Source: Mobula hypostoma (lineage: Eukaryota). Taken from it: 64,000 nt of DNA. Every line of letters begins with the position of its first letter. The first letter of the stretch is position 1. Location of the stretch: positions 32,676,001 to 32,740,000 of the forward strand of contig NC_086109.1 of the NCBI RefSeq assembly GCF_963921235.1. Reading direction: 5' to 3'. Positions 12,022-24,217 of the stretch are shown here, one piece after another. A model generated the notes under the pieces. The model made no database searches. It saw nothing but the letters and a program-made list of their open reading frames with translations, and was not told the DNA's origin. The position numbers were made by a program, and so were the translations under genes.

Positions 12022-13316
12022 TCACTGCCCCTGACTTGTCCACATTATTTCTCCCTTTCCCAAATCTATAACAGCTCCTACTTCCTTTAGGATGTCTATT
12101 CCAAGGATAGTACCCTCAATATTTGGACATACCCAGAAATACGCTGGAAGCTGCACTCCCCCAATTTCTAGTATTTGCGACTCGCTTCTTTCTGCTTTTA
12201 CTGTTTTCCTTCCTACACCCCTAATATAAATGGCCTGTCCAGTTGCTGGCAAGGGTAAGTCTGTTATCAATACCGTTGCCCCTGTGTCCATTAACATATT
12301 GCATTGCCGTCCCCCTAACGTTGCTGTTGTGTATATCCGCGGGTCACCAGTGCTGGCAGTGAAGCCCGCTGCCACATCTTTTTCTGATCTAGGAGCCGTC
12401 TTTACTCGCACTTTGATCTGATCAACAGTCAGATTGGTCAGACTGGGCACTGGTGGCGTGAGAGATTGCGTGTCTGCTGTGATGTTCAGCTGTTTTCCGT
12501 TCCTCTGTTTTGGACACTGCCTCCAACCATGTCCCAAATGGCCATGCCTGTAGCATATCAACTCCTTTACCCTCCCACGTCTATTCCAGCAATTCCTTGT
12601 TGCATGCCCTGGCTGCTGGCAAGCAAAACAAACCCTCTGGGACATCACAGCAACTGCATCCACTATACCCACTTTACAATCTCTCTTGCACTTTCTTTGG
12701 TCTATCTCACTGGCCCAGGAAACTATCGCAGAGCAGTTTGCCCCACCGTTATGCCTAAATCTAAAACTTCCTGGTGGGCTGAGCTCAGGCCTTCCTTCAG
12801 CACTTTCAGGAAAACTGGGCCATCCCTCCCTGGATTATCCAACCCTGAATACTCCTCATATGCTCGATATTTACGTTCTGCATAATCCATGGCCGTCTCA
12901 TCAGCTATTTGAATTACTGCCATTATCGTTCCCCAGTTACTCTCACCTCCCCTCAGTCGCTGCCTCACTTCCCCTTTAAAAAAGTGATATATTTCTTCAT
13001 TGCTGGCATTCCCGATAGTTGCCCAGGTACCATCCTGCACCCCTTAGGCCATCCTGTCCCACATATTCCTTGGGCACTTGGCTTTTACCAACACGTGTAT
13101 ATCTTTAGGGTGCATCTGGTGAATTTCAACCATTTCCTCAAGCTTACGCCAGAATTCTGAATTCCGACATGCAACTTTAAGTGAGGACAAATCAAACAAA
13201 ATGCTCTGTTTCTCCCTTGGGGTGAAGGGCTTATGAATGGTCGTAATCAAGGTCAAGGGCTGGCTCGGATCATCAAGGTTCTCAACCTGACGTTGTCTGG
13301 CCTCAATAGGTGCCAT
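12022..13316 (-). pseudogene. gag: gag (capsid-like region, two zinc knuckles) plus aspartic protease
   Basis: CFACQQPGHATRNC and CYRHGHLGHGWRQC knuckles; LMDTGAT and ILGIDIL protease motifs in the same frame; upstream gag interrupted by stops and a frameshift. Confidence 0.85.
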
Positions 13317-13826
13317 CCTGGCAGATATATCTGGATAAAACCCCTCCCTGAGATATCCCCACACTAATTCCCACACTACACAAAACATAAAAGACAGGTA
13401 CCACTTAAACAGCACATACTTAAAAGCGCAGAGCATGTATTCCACATTCTGCCACTTTTGAGTACCTGAACTCATGATGCTTGCTGTATTCCTTTGCATC
13501 ATACTTGCAAATGTATACACTAAAATGCAGCTCCCTGAACCAGTATACACGCCCCTATTTTGGTGTCTTGAACCGTCGGTAACCACCTTTCGCAACTAGT
13601 GGCTCCATCTCACCAAGTTAACACGCAAAGATTCCTCACTTACATAAACACACATGCACACGCACACACTACTTTAATATCTATCAGTTCAGCTCTCCGC
13701 ATTCGTGATACCTTGTGTTCCTGTGTATCACTGTCTCGAACAGATCCAAGTGTGAGTGCTATTTTAGAAAAATACTCACCAACTTAGACTGCTAGGATCA
13801 CTGGCCACACGATGGGTCACGAAAGT

Positions 13827-13844
13827 ATCCCAGTCCTGACACCA
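13827..13844 (-). promoter_or_regulatory. Primer-binding site, tRNA-Leu type
   Basis: TGGTGTCAGGACTGGGAT, 2 bp downstream of the 5' LTR; 17/18 match to the complement of the vertebrate tRNA-Leu(CAG) 3' end as recalled. Confidence 0.85.
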
Positions 13845-13846
13845 AA

Positions 13847-14443
13847 TGTTGTTACGTGAATGAAATCACTGGAGAGAGAGTTACTGGTAGATACAAAGCA
13901 GCTACTTTATTCAACAAAACAAGGTACAGCAGGCATACGGAGACCCTTTCGGTGGAAAGGTCTGCTGGCCTAGTGCAGATGCGAAACACAAAGGGCAATT
14001 CATATTTACAAAGTATAGACAATGCTTTCTTTTGAAGCTACATACAAAACTTCACGCCTTCTGATTACATTCATCCCACTGGTGCAAGCAGCATCTGGAC
14101 TGGTATTCAGGAATCCCTTGTTCCAAACTGAATCCACAATACACTTATTTGGTATTTTACGTGCTAAACGTAAAGGACAATCCATATTTACAAAGTATAG
14201 ATAATGCTGTCTTTGAAACTGCATGCAAACATCACACCTTCTGGTTTACATCCATCCCACAGGCACCAGCAGCGTCCGGACTGATATTCTGGTATCCACA
14301 GCTTTTAGGAAATGCATTGTTACAAATGGACTGGGATTCTGATATTCAGAGCTTTTAGGAATTGTATTGTCAAGGAACAGAAGACTGGTGGCTAAAGTCA
14401 TTTACTAAGTGTTAATGATCTAAACCCAAAAATTATTCTAACA
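13847..14443 (-). repeat. 5' LTR
   Basis: TG...CA termini; AATAAA on minus near 13906-13911; followed by the PBS. Confidence 0.9.
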
Positions 14444-15274
14444 GTCCCTCCTCTTGGTCCTCCTGGACAAAAATAAATTTGTACCAGGAAAGGCTAACCT
14501 AGGAGGATATACTGAAATAGGCCAGCAAAAATGCCCTTTACTAAGTGTTAATGACCTAAACCCAAAAATTACTCTTATGGTCTAACAGAACTCTTTGAGG
14601 TTGACCAAGGTGTGTGTGTCATATTTTCACTATACCTGAGCCTTCAGTTAACTGGACCACTCAAATAAAAATTTCTGACCTGACAAAGACCTCATGCAGT
14701 TGTGTATTCAGGTGATCAAGACACAAGCAAACTTGGCAGAGTGGAATGAGCATGAGCTGGCACAGATGTAGAGCACTAGCCATGAGTTAGAATGGCAGAT
14801 TACGGCTTAGAGGGCCTTGTATATCATGTCAGCTTCTGTTTTATTCTAATACTCTTCTTTCTAATTTAGGGGGCAAGTGTTTCCTGAACTCATACATCTT
14901 TCATTGTTCGCTTAACACAGCAAAGGTAAATTGCTTAAAGGTTGTTATTACAAACAATTCAAGTGGTAGAGGTTTGAACTGTGATCACACATGTTTAGAT
15001 CAAAATGAAGTGTTCCCCATGTCAAACCCATTTCCCATTGAACCTCTTGGCCCTTTGCCATCTCAACAACTACTTTCCTCTGTCTTTGCTACACTGCCTG
15101 AGGCAATTCTTCTAATATTGATTAGATAAATGCCAACTCAAATTGGATGCAATATCTGTGATACTGTTCATTATAAGAAGATGGGAACAAAACCTGCTTA
15201 CAGAGCTTTTTGATAGAGAATTTTCTTTGATTTAGTTTGCACATAAAAATGACTTCATTATCCTATGATATGAC

Positions 15275-15935
15275 TGTTTTTCTCAAGGTGAAAGTGGCTC
15301 ATACAAGGGGGCATAATGTTAAAGTGTTTAGAGTAAAGTATAGGACTGATGTCAGAGGTATTTTTTTTTACACAGCGAGTGGTAAGTACATGGAATGTAT
15401 AGCCAGGGGTGGTGGTAGAGGCAGGTACATTAGAGACATCTAGAAAGCTCTTCAATAGTTTATACTTTATACTTTACTGTCGCCAAACAATTGGTACTGG
15501 AACATACAATCATCACAGTGATATTTGATTCTGTGCTTCACACTCCCTGGATTACAAATATTAAATATTAAAAATATTAAAAATAGTTAAAATTAGTAAA
15601 TATTAAAAAGTTAAATTTTAAATCATAAATAGAAAATAGAAAAATGGGAAATAAGGTAGTGCAAAAAAAACCGAGAGACAGGTCTGTATATTTGGAGGGT
15701 ATGGCCCAGATCCGGGTCAGGATCCGTTCAGCAGTCTTAATCACAGTTGGAAAGAAGCTGTTCCCATATCTGGTCGTACGAGTCTTCAAGCTCCTGAACC
15801 TTCTCCCGGAGAAGGTACATGGATGAAAGAAAAATGGAGAGCTATATAGGAAGGAAGGATTAGATTAATTTTAGAGTAGGTTAAAAGGTCAGCACAATAT
15901 TGTGGACTGAAGGGCCTGTAGTGTTTTCTGTTTCT
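15275..15935 (+). mobile_element. CR1 3' fragment interrupted by a minus-strand Rex-type 3' fragment (~15455-15812)
   Basis: TRGHNVKV..DVRG (CR1) flanking TRTTRYGNSFFPTVI (Rex) with a (TATAC)-like tail. Confidence 0.7.
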
Positions 15936-16081
15936 GGCTTCATCTTTGATGTAGAACATCTGCTCCCATGACTTTCTAGTTAGGAGATATGTATCATAGA
16001 GTTATAGGTTATGCAGCAGCACAACACAGAATTGGCCCTTTGGCCTACAAAGCTCATGTTAATTTTTCTGTCCATCTACAA

Positions 16082-18750
16082 CAGTTGTTCCCAAACCCTA
16101 TTGGGTTACTGCCCCCTTGGCTCCCAGACCACATCCCCACCTCTCCCTTTCTGGTCATTCCATAATAACTGTAAAAAAAATTACTTATGATGCACAGTGG
16201 AACTGCAAATTCAAATCGGTGAAAATAATTGCAAAAACTATTCAAATCTATTCAAAGCTACAAATAAAATTATTTTTCTATTTAATTGTAGTAAAAACCA
16301 TTTTCATCAACAATTTTAGAATGCACATTAATAGTCCAAATATTCACTACTTCATTGCTTTTTCACCTTTCAATGAGATGGATGGGCTTGGTACAGTGAT
16401 ATGTGAGTTAGGGCATATTCTGGACTTAGGGTGTATTCCAGAATATTACCTTCAGCAACTAACTTCTGCAACCAATACGTAGACCTGAACATGGACTGTA
16501 GATGAACTTTAAAATGCAGCTCTGGACAATAGGTTCCTAAAGCTGTGAACAGCAGTTAATTGAAAAAAGAAACATAAAATGTTAATTAATATTCATTTTG
16601 GGTGTCTGGAATGTGGGTGCAAAGAAGGAGGTGAAAAGGTTATATGTATTTCAAAGAAAGCATTGTAGATACATTGTAAACATAGAATTGTCCTTTGACC
16701 TTTAGCATTTAAGATGCCATGTAATATTGGTTCAAACAGACCTTTTCCTTCAGAGTGTATCTCATTTTATTGAATAAAAGAGTTCTTTACATCTACCAGC
16801 TATGTCTCTCCAGTGACTTCATTCACATTACAACAATGAGCTGAATGTCACTCAGAAGGAGTCTCAGTTCACCACATTCAGTAACTTGCAACCTGTTTAT
16901 TTGCTTTGAAGGAACTTGGGTGACTGCACTGAAACATTGCTCCACTAAATACGATGTTGGAAAGGGAATAAAGAACATCTTGACCTTTTCCAATAGTGCA
17001 GGATAGTGTTCAGAGATTTCTTTCTGCAACCAAACATCTGATATGATTTTTTTGATCCTCAGCTTCAGCTCAAAGTCAATTTGTAGCAAAATGATTTCTT
17101 CCTTCGTCCTTCATGTTAATTCTTCATTACAAGTGTTCAGCAATGGATTTATTATCCAATCTGGAATTTGGGTCGAGAGAAGATCATGAAATACTCTGAC
17201 GTCTTTATGCAGCTCACCCAGGTGGGCACAGTATACTTGAACATCATCATCTGGTATTCTTTTCTTTCTCTTCCAACTCTGAGAGGCTTAGAAATTGGAA
17301 AAGATCATGACAGCCAATGGTACAATTAAATTGAGTTAACTTGGACAGAAATGTGGAGAGGACTGATTTGAATTTGATAATATTCACATCATTCCCTTGC
17401 AATTGATTTGATTACACTTTGCAAATAATTCTGACAAATAAGCCATGCCGTTCCTAATATTCTTGGGTTGATTACTGAAAGAAACATTTGAGTTTTCAAA
17501 TAATTTTGTCACAGTTTCAAAAAATGCATGAAAGCATCTCAGACAGTTTCCTTTTGAGAACTGATAATTGCATATGGGCAGTATTTACACACCATTCACT
17601 CAAATAGAGGTTTCTTTAATTAGAACATCATGATGCTCCTGTCTGGTTGAACCCCAAATCATAACAACCCTAGACGTATATTGTTTATGAAAGGTGGCCT
17701 TCTCACGGCAGACTCACATGACGGTTCGCAGAGACAGCTAATGCATACAAGTTCGGTTGGCAAAATCAGTTCTTCTCCAGTTTTATGGGGTTTTCCAGAT
17801 TTAGCAATGAGCAATTAACTGTTGTATGAAGCATGCAAACCATTTCTGTTTTGTTGTGAAATATGTTTTGAAATTTTCCATTTCTGAAAGCTTTCACGAA
17901 GTGATTGGAAATAAGTCAAGTTCTTATTTGCTTTATCAGAGTGTATTCTCTTCAAATGGTCGAGGAGCCTGGACGATTTCATTGTCTCATTTGGAAAAAA
18001 ATCTTTTTCACACAACAGACACATTGGTTGCTGTTGATTGCTTGGTGCTGGTAGAAATCCATATTTCAGATACTTCATACTGGACTGTCTACACTTCCTT
18101 TTTGTTTGGTCTGTTTCTGCCATTTTTGTTACAGATCAATAATCATTGTCAATCACCTATTGTTAAAGCCCAACCTCAAGTGCTGCAATCAATAAAGGGG
18201 AAAGTTATGATGGCATCGTAGCTCAAGCGAAACCTGACTCTCTGCCTGAAGAGGGGCAGTGATATCTCAGTTGGGCTATGAGCTAGAGAAATGTAGTCAA
18301 GACCATTTGAAAGGGAAGATTCTGAACTTTACCCCATTGAATGGAATTGCATCACTGAGTGATAAAGGTATGGGAATTGTGAAAGCTAGTACTGTACTGC
18401 GGTAGTGAATGGTAATAATGTGCAGGCCGGGATTTCTTCAGTCCAGATTTCTCATGATAAGCCAAGTACAAAAATGTCACCTTGCTTTTCAACAACATTA
18501 ACATGCCTCAAACAAAGGCTAAGCGAACGCTGGGTTTGCAAGAGATGAGCTGATTACATGTACCTTGTAATCAACTATGAGGTACTAAGGATCAAATTCT
18601 TACAATAGTAATTAATTTCTTAAATTAAGCTGTAACGCCTCAGCTATGGATGTCCCACCCCCTGCTATTGAACACTCCCCACCACCCTCTTTATCTTCAT
18701 CGCCCAGCTGGAGACTTGGAAATGGATATTGTCCATTTTGAGATCCATTG
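16082..18750 (-). mobile_element. hAT Buster/Charlie-type DNA transposon fossil
   Basis: TIR CAGTTGTTCCCAAAC with a degenerate partner ending at 18750; 8-bp TSD ATCTACAA/ATCTACAC with central TA; inserted in a CR1-type tail. Confidence 0.85.
16823..18123 (-). pseudogene. Buster/ZBED5-like transposase, fragmented and internally deleted
   Basis: BED finger (KRKCRQ..YGF..PMCLLC..NETMKSSRL..HLKRIH) and hAT C-terminal domain (FPTSYLVEQCFS..LRLLLS). Confidence 0.85.
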
Positions 18751-19427
18751 ATCTACACTAATCCCAATTGCACATATTAGGATCACATCCTTCTAATCCT
18801 TAAAGCTGTATTGTTTGTGAAGCTAAATTGATAATGGCCTGATCAGCCATGATCTTATTGAAAGGCGGAGCAGGCTTTACAGACCAGAAGGCCTATTCTG
18901 CTTCTTGTTCTTCCGATAGATGGGGAAGGGCTGGCATGATTTTATATTCTCCTCATTTGAGGTAATGACCCAGTTTATGTGCTTCAAACCTTTGGAATAG
19001 GGATGAATTCAAAACTGGTTGAAGGGCAAGACTGCAATCATTCAAGCAAGCCTAAACCTTTCAGTTCAGTGAACATCAAAAGTTCAAATGAGCTAAAGGT
19101 TGGAGCTGATGAAAGGAAATTTCTCTATCATTCATAGAATGACCACTAGAAGAATCAGCCTACAGCCAGAGGCAATAGAGGTAGAGGTCAAATAATTTAC
19201 AGCTTTGTAATTGAAGTAACTAGATTAACTCACAATAGTTGAGCTGAGGTGAACCAAATTATTCTTCAGCCATATTTTGTGACTTTAATAGAAAGTCTGT
19301 TTTACGCAGTTGGCCAAGTTGTGATGGAGGGTAGCTCTCAATGGTAGCTCTCAATTTCCTATTTCTGTGTGAAACTAGCCTTATGCAATTGGTACTTCCC
19401 AATCCCGAAGGAGAGATTTCTCTGTTA

Positions 19428-19937
19428 TTCTGCTTGATGTACTGTTTGCTATGGGTGTTCGTCGATCACGATGTTAATGAGGACCTTAACACCATTATGA
19501 TGGTGTCGAGACTAGCGTGTGATTTGGATTTAAGTGAGGGAGAGTTGCGCAGTGTCAGCCTCACTCTCTCTTCCTAATTCCCATCTGGATCCAGTGGCAA
19601 GACAAAGTCGAGACGGCTGGAGATGGGACTAGGCGCGGTGGATGACCAGGACGTCTTCTGTGTCTTGTCATGCTCTACACGTTCCACAACGCTTGCAGAG
19701 ACTGCCTTCTTGACCGTTGGACCTTCCATAGGTCTCGACCGCTCAATCCGCTGGAGTCTGTCTTCACACGCTGGGATAGACAACTCCCTATCTCACCGAG
19801 GGTTTGAGACCCGTCGGCTACCCTCACCTGGTTTAGCCGGCTTGTCGAAGTCGTTGCCCGGGGTGTGGCCGCTGTTGCATGCAAACAGTTACGGGGAGCC
19901 ACAGGTGAGAGCTGAGTGCCAGGTGGGGACCAAAGTT
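19428..19937 (-). mobile_element. Probable RTE-derived non-autonomous element
   Basis: GC/CpG-rich block; CTCAGCTCTCACCTGTGGCTCC at the minus 5' end and ATCGTGATCGACGAAC at the 3' end resemble RTE termini as recalled. Confidence 0.45.
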
Positions 19938-20384
19938 GGACTGACTGCCTTGAAAAGGACGCGGCATGTTCCCCCACCAGAGGTGCTACCCCTCCCTGAC
20001 ACCCCATACACCCCATGCTATGAGAATAGCATAGTGAAGACAATTAAACTGGGAAGATAAACTCCATCAGAATACCCAAACTGATTTTACCATTTATTGA
20101 ACTTTAATAAACTAAATTAATTGCAATGTTTTGAACTCTCTAACCTGTTTCTTTTTAACTTTGGTCTTTTTTTTTGCAAAACTATAACATTTATTCAAAT
20201 GAATCAAAATGTGCTTTTGAAATCTGGCTCAACTCTGCATAATTCCATGTCAGATGGGGTTCTGATTAAACTGAACTGTCAATTTATTCATTCAACTTCA
20301 GCACCAACCTCCAAAGAACTACACAATTCATCCTTACTTCCAATCCTTATCAAAAACCGTAAAGCAACACTTGATTTCACATTG

Positions 20385-21557
20385 CGTCAGGATACTGTTC
20401 ATTGACTATAGCTTAGAGTTTCACACCATCATTCCCACAGTCCTGATCGATAAGCTCCAGAACCTGGGTCTCTGTACCTTCCTCTGCAACTAGATCCTCA
20501 ACTTCTTAACTGGAGCTGTCGCATGCAAACGGGGCCTCTGTGAGGATTGGTAATCGTGCAGATTGGTAATCGTCAATGACAACACTGGCGTACCTCAGGG
20601 ATGTGTACTTAGCCCACTGCTCTACTCTCTCTACACTTATGGCTGCATGGCTAGGTATTGCTCAATTGCAATCTATAAATTTGCTAATTATATGATCATT
20701 GTTGGTAGAATCTCAGATGGAAACAAGAGAGCGTACAGGAGCGAAACATACCAGCTAGTTGAGTGGTGTTGCAGCAATAACCTTGTACTCAACGTCAGCA
20801 AGACCAAAGAGCTGATTGTGGACTTCAGGAAGGGTAATTGAGGGAACATGAATCAATCCTCATAGAGGGATCAGAAGTGAAGAGAGCAAGCAATTTCAAG
20901 TTCCTGGGTGTCAAGATCTCTGAGGATCTAACCTGGACCCAACATATTCATACAGCTATAAAGAAAGGCAGCAGCTGTATTGCATTAGGATTTTGTCACC
21001 TAAAACACTCAAAAACTTCTACAGATATACCACGGATAGCATTCTGACAGGCTGCATCACTGTCTGGTATTGGGGGCTGGGGAGGGGGGTTACTGCACAG
21101 GATCAAAAGAAGCTAGAGAAAGTTGAGAAATTAGTCAGCTCCATCTTGTGTACTTGCCTCTGTAGTACCCAAGACACCTTCAAGTAGAGGTGCCTCAGAA
21201 AGGTGCTGTCCATTATCAAGGACCCCCATCACTCAAGACATGCCCTCTTCTCATTGTTACTGTTAGGAAGGAGGTACAGAAGCCTGAAGGCACACACTCA
21301 ATGATTTGAGGAACAGCTTCTTTCCTTCTGCCATCCAATTCCTAAATGGACATTGAACCCGTGAACACTACCTTACTTATTAAAATATTAATTCTGTTTC
21401 TGCACTATTTTTAAGTGAAATAGTTAATATACATATACATACTGTAATTGATTTATTAATTTTTCTATATTATCATATTCTGCATTGTACTCCTGCCGCT
21501 AAGTTGACAAGTTTCACGACACATGCCAATGATATTAAACCTGATTCCGATTCTGAT
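20385..21557 (+). mobile_element. Rex1/Babar-type LINE RT pseudogene plus 3' end
   Basis: NTGVPQGCVLSPLLYSLYT, KTKELIVDFRK, FKFLGVKISEDLTW; (CTGATT)n tail. Confidence 0.88.
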
Positions 21558-21581
21558 GGCACCTCACTGAGGATAGTGATA

Positions 21582-22118
21582 TGAAGCCCTCGTTGGTCAG
21601 GGTTGACCATGGATATTGTGTCCCAGCTGACTACATGATACACAAGCCAAGGCAGGATGATATGGGAGAGCAAGCTGTTTCTCATGTCGCAGGCTCCCCT
21701 CTCCATGCAGCTGATGAATCCAACTGAGTGGCAGTGACCGATACAGTTTGGCGCCAGTGGCTTTGTAGCAGTTGCCAGTCAGCATTGAAGTCAATGTAAG
21801 ACTGGCTTAAGGACTCCAGCTCTGGATTTTTCCCTTGCTGTTTACTCTTGAAGCCTTCTCCGTGAGTGGCTATAGTTGCAAGGCTGATCAGAGTTTTCCT
21901 TCTTGAAGACAAGCTGTCAACCAAAGCTAACAAGACCCCTCTGCCAAAGGTGACTGGTCTTAAGGTGCCAGTAAATCTGCCCTTTCTCCTGTCAGTAGAA
22001 ACTGTTCTGCCGGGCTTAGTAGCTAAGCCACACGTGAAGGCCAGGAGCTGGACTTAGATGTTAAAGGTTACTTTGAGACGCATGCCATTGGGAGGATTTA
22101 ATAGGTAGTGAGAGCTTG
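21582..22118 (-). mobile_element. Non-coding LINE-derived element (possibly Vingi/Ingi-related)
   Basis: Shares 3' body with the SINE at 49868-50180; its other end resembles 42125-42190. Confidence 0.45.
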
Positions 22119-22239
22119 TTAGATAGTTGGGTTGCTGGGCAGTGAGGCTCACCGAGCTGGAAGGGCCTGTTTTGCGATGTATCCCTAAATAAATAAACTA
22201 CAACAGCATCCTGATTTTCAGAGCTAGCTCTACTTTCTT

Positions 22240-22932
22240 AGGAGTTTGCGGAGACTCTAAAACGTTGAGGAACTTCTATAAATATGTAGTGGAGAGTATA
22301 TTGACCGGCTGCATCACAGCCTGGTAAGGAAACATCAATGCCCTTGAATGGATGGAAACAGTAGTGAATACGGCCCAGTCCATCAAGGGTAAAGCTCTCC
22401 CAACCATTGAGCACATTGACATGAAACACTGTCGCAGGAAAGCAGCATCCATCATCAGGGACCCCCACCACCCAGGTTATGCTCTCTTCTTACTACTACT
22501 ATCAGGAAGAAGATACAAGAGCCTCAGGACTCACACCACCATGTTCAGGAACAGTTACTATCCCTCAACCGCCAAGCTCTTGAACCAACAGGGATAACTT
22601 CACTCAACTTCACCTGCCCCATCATTGAAATCCTCTCATGATCAATGGACTCACTTCCAAGGATTTTTCATCTGAAGTTCTTGATATTCATTGTTTTGCC
22701 TATTTATTATTATTATTATTATTATTTCTTCTTCTTCTTTTTGTATTTGCACAGGTTGTTGCCTCCTGCACTCTGGTTGAATCCTAATTGGGCAGTCTTT
22801 CATTGATTCTGTTAATGGCTATTATTCTATAGATTTATTGAGTATGCCCACAAGAAAAATGAATCTCAGGGTTGCATATGGTGACATATATGTACTTTGA
22901 TAATAAATTTACCTCGAACTTTGAACTTTGAA
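22240..22932 (+). mobile_element. Rex1/Babar-type LINE 3' fragment
   Basis: SIIRDPHHPGYALF..SGRRYKSLRTHTT..NSYYP; (CTTTGAA)n tail. Confidence 0.85.
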
Positions 22933-23874
22933 GAGGTCACTTGGATGACTTAAATCACCCCAATCAATACAGCACCAGGTACAATTCTGGCTTAGTTCAG
23001 GACAGGCAGATTAACATTGCTTCATGACAGCCTAACACTGACTTTACTTAAAGAAGAATGAATGATTTGATTTGAATTCCTGCCCCAATGATTCATGCTT
23101 GGGCACATTTCTTAATACTGTGCTTTATCTTATCCAAGTAGTTAATCCTCATATGCAAATAAGCAGAACATTTTAGCAAGCCAATCTACAAAAAAAAGTA
23201 TTCTCATCAATATTTATTTTTAAATAACAGTCTTAAACTTTTCAGTTTGATTTTTTCTTTTGCTTCTCTGCTGCAATGAGATTTCTGTGTTAACTGAAGC
23301 ATAATTGTTGGTTTTCAGTTTAACAGCATTGGGTCAGTCCTCCCTAATGCATTCACCCTGCAATAATCAAAATGGCAGGTCGAGTGATTTAAGGTGTGAC
23401 CTATTTACCATTTATTTTTACTAGAGCAGCTGTCACAGTAAGACAGACATTGCCACAAGATCTATGACTTACATCACTAAGAATAAAAGGACAATGCTTT
23501 AACTCTTGCATCACAGTTCTGTTCTTTCTAAAAACAAAGGCCTCATTAAATTTACTGTTCTCAGTCTATATCATTCAGAAACGGTGCAGACCAAAGAGTA
23601 CGTATACGTAAGAGGTCTCTCTTAATAACCGTCCTTGAAATGCTAATTTTCACAGACAGCTGACTGAAAGTTTAGCAAGAAGGGGGGGGGAAGGATCTTT
23701 AAATCTTTACAAACCGTTGACAAAGGAAAGGAAACAGAGCCATCTGTTCTCAAAGTTTAAAGAAAGTTGGCAACAGACACATGGGACCATGATCCAGCTT
23801 TCAGAATAGGCTAATCAGAATAACTAAATGCTACAAAGATTGCAAAATAAAATTAAATCATCAAGCAAAAAAAT

Positions 23875-24110
23875 GAATTGTACTTATATAGCAGCATTAA
23901 CTTGGAGGCATCCCAAGGTGTTTTACAGGAGGGTTACCAAATTTATTTTAGCATCAAGTCACAAGGGAGGAAATATAAGCACAGGTGACCAGAAGTTTGA
24001 ACAAAGAGTGCCTTAAAAGAGGTAAGAAAGTTGGATAGGTTTGGGGATAAGTTTCTTGAATCAGAGTTAGAATCAGGCTGCTGATAGCTGAAGCAAAACA
24101 GTTAATGCTA
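23875..24110 (-). mobile_element. Degraded L2 LINE 3' end
   Basis: TTATATAGC...CATCCCAAGGTGTTTTACAGGAG...CAGGTGACC pattern resembles a reverse-complemented chondrichthyan L2 end as recalled. Confidence 0.5.
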
Positions 24111-24217
24111 GAATGTTTCTGTATGACCCAATTATGTCCTGATAAAATGTAGCCTCTGACATAGTGTGAGAAATGCTGGATAATGTATGTAATGTGATCA
24201 AGGCAGATACTCTAAAA

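Larger units (their letters stand above)
9044..14587 (-). mobile_element. Decayed retrovirus-like LTR element (ERV-like), RT-deleted and env-less
   Basis: Paired ~595-bp LTRs, PBS, PPT, and gag-pro-(RT stub)-RNaseH end-integrase order with retroviral-type motifs. Confidence 0.9.

Noticed and set aside
9039..14592. TSD for the ERV-like element
   Set aside because: Left flank ATCCT matches neither GTCCC (after 14443) nor GAACT (after 14587)
16823..18123. Domesticated ZBED5/SCAND3-like host gene
   Set aside because: Fragmented frames, internal deletion, and flanked by TIRs and a TSD
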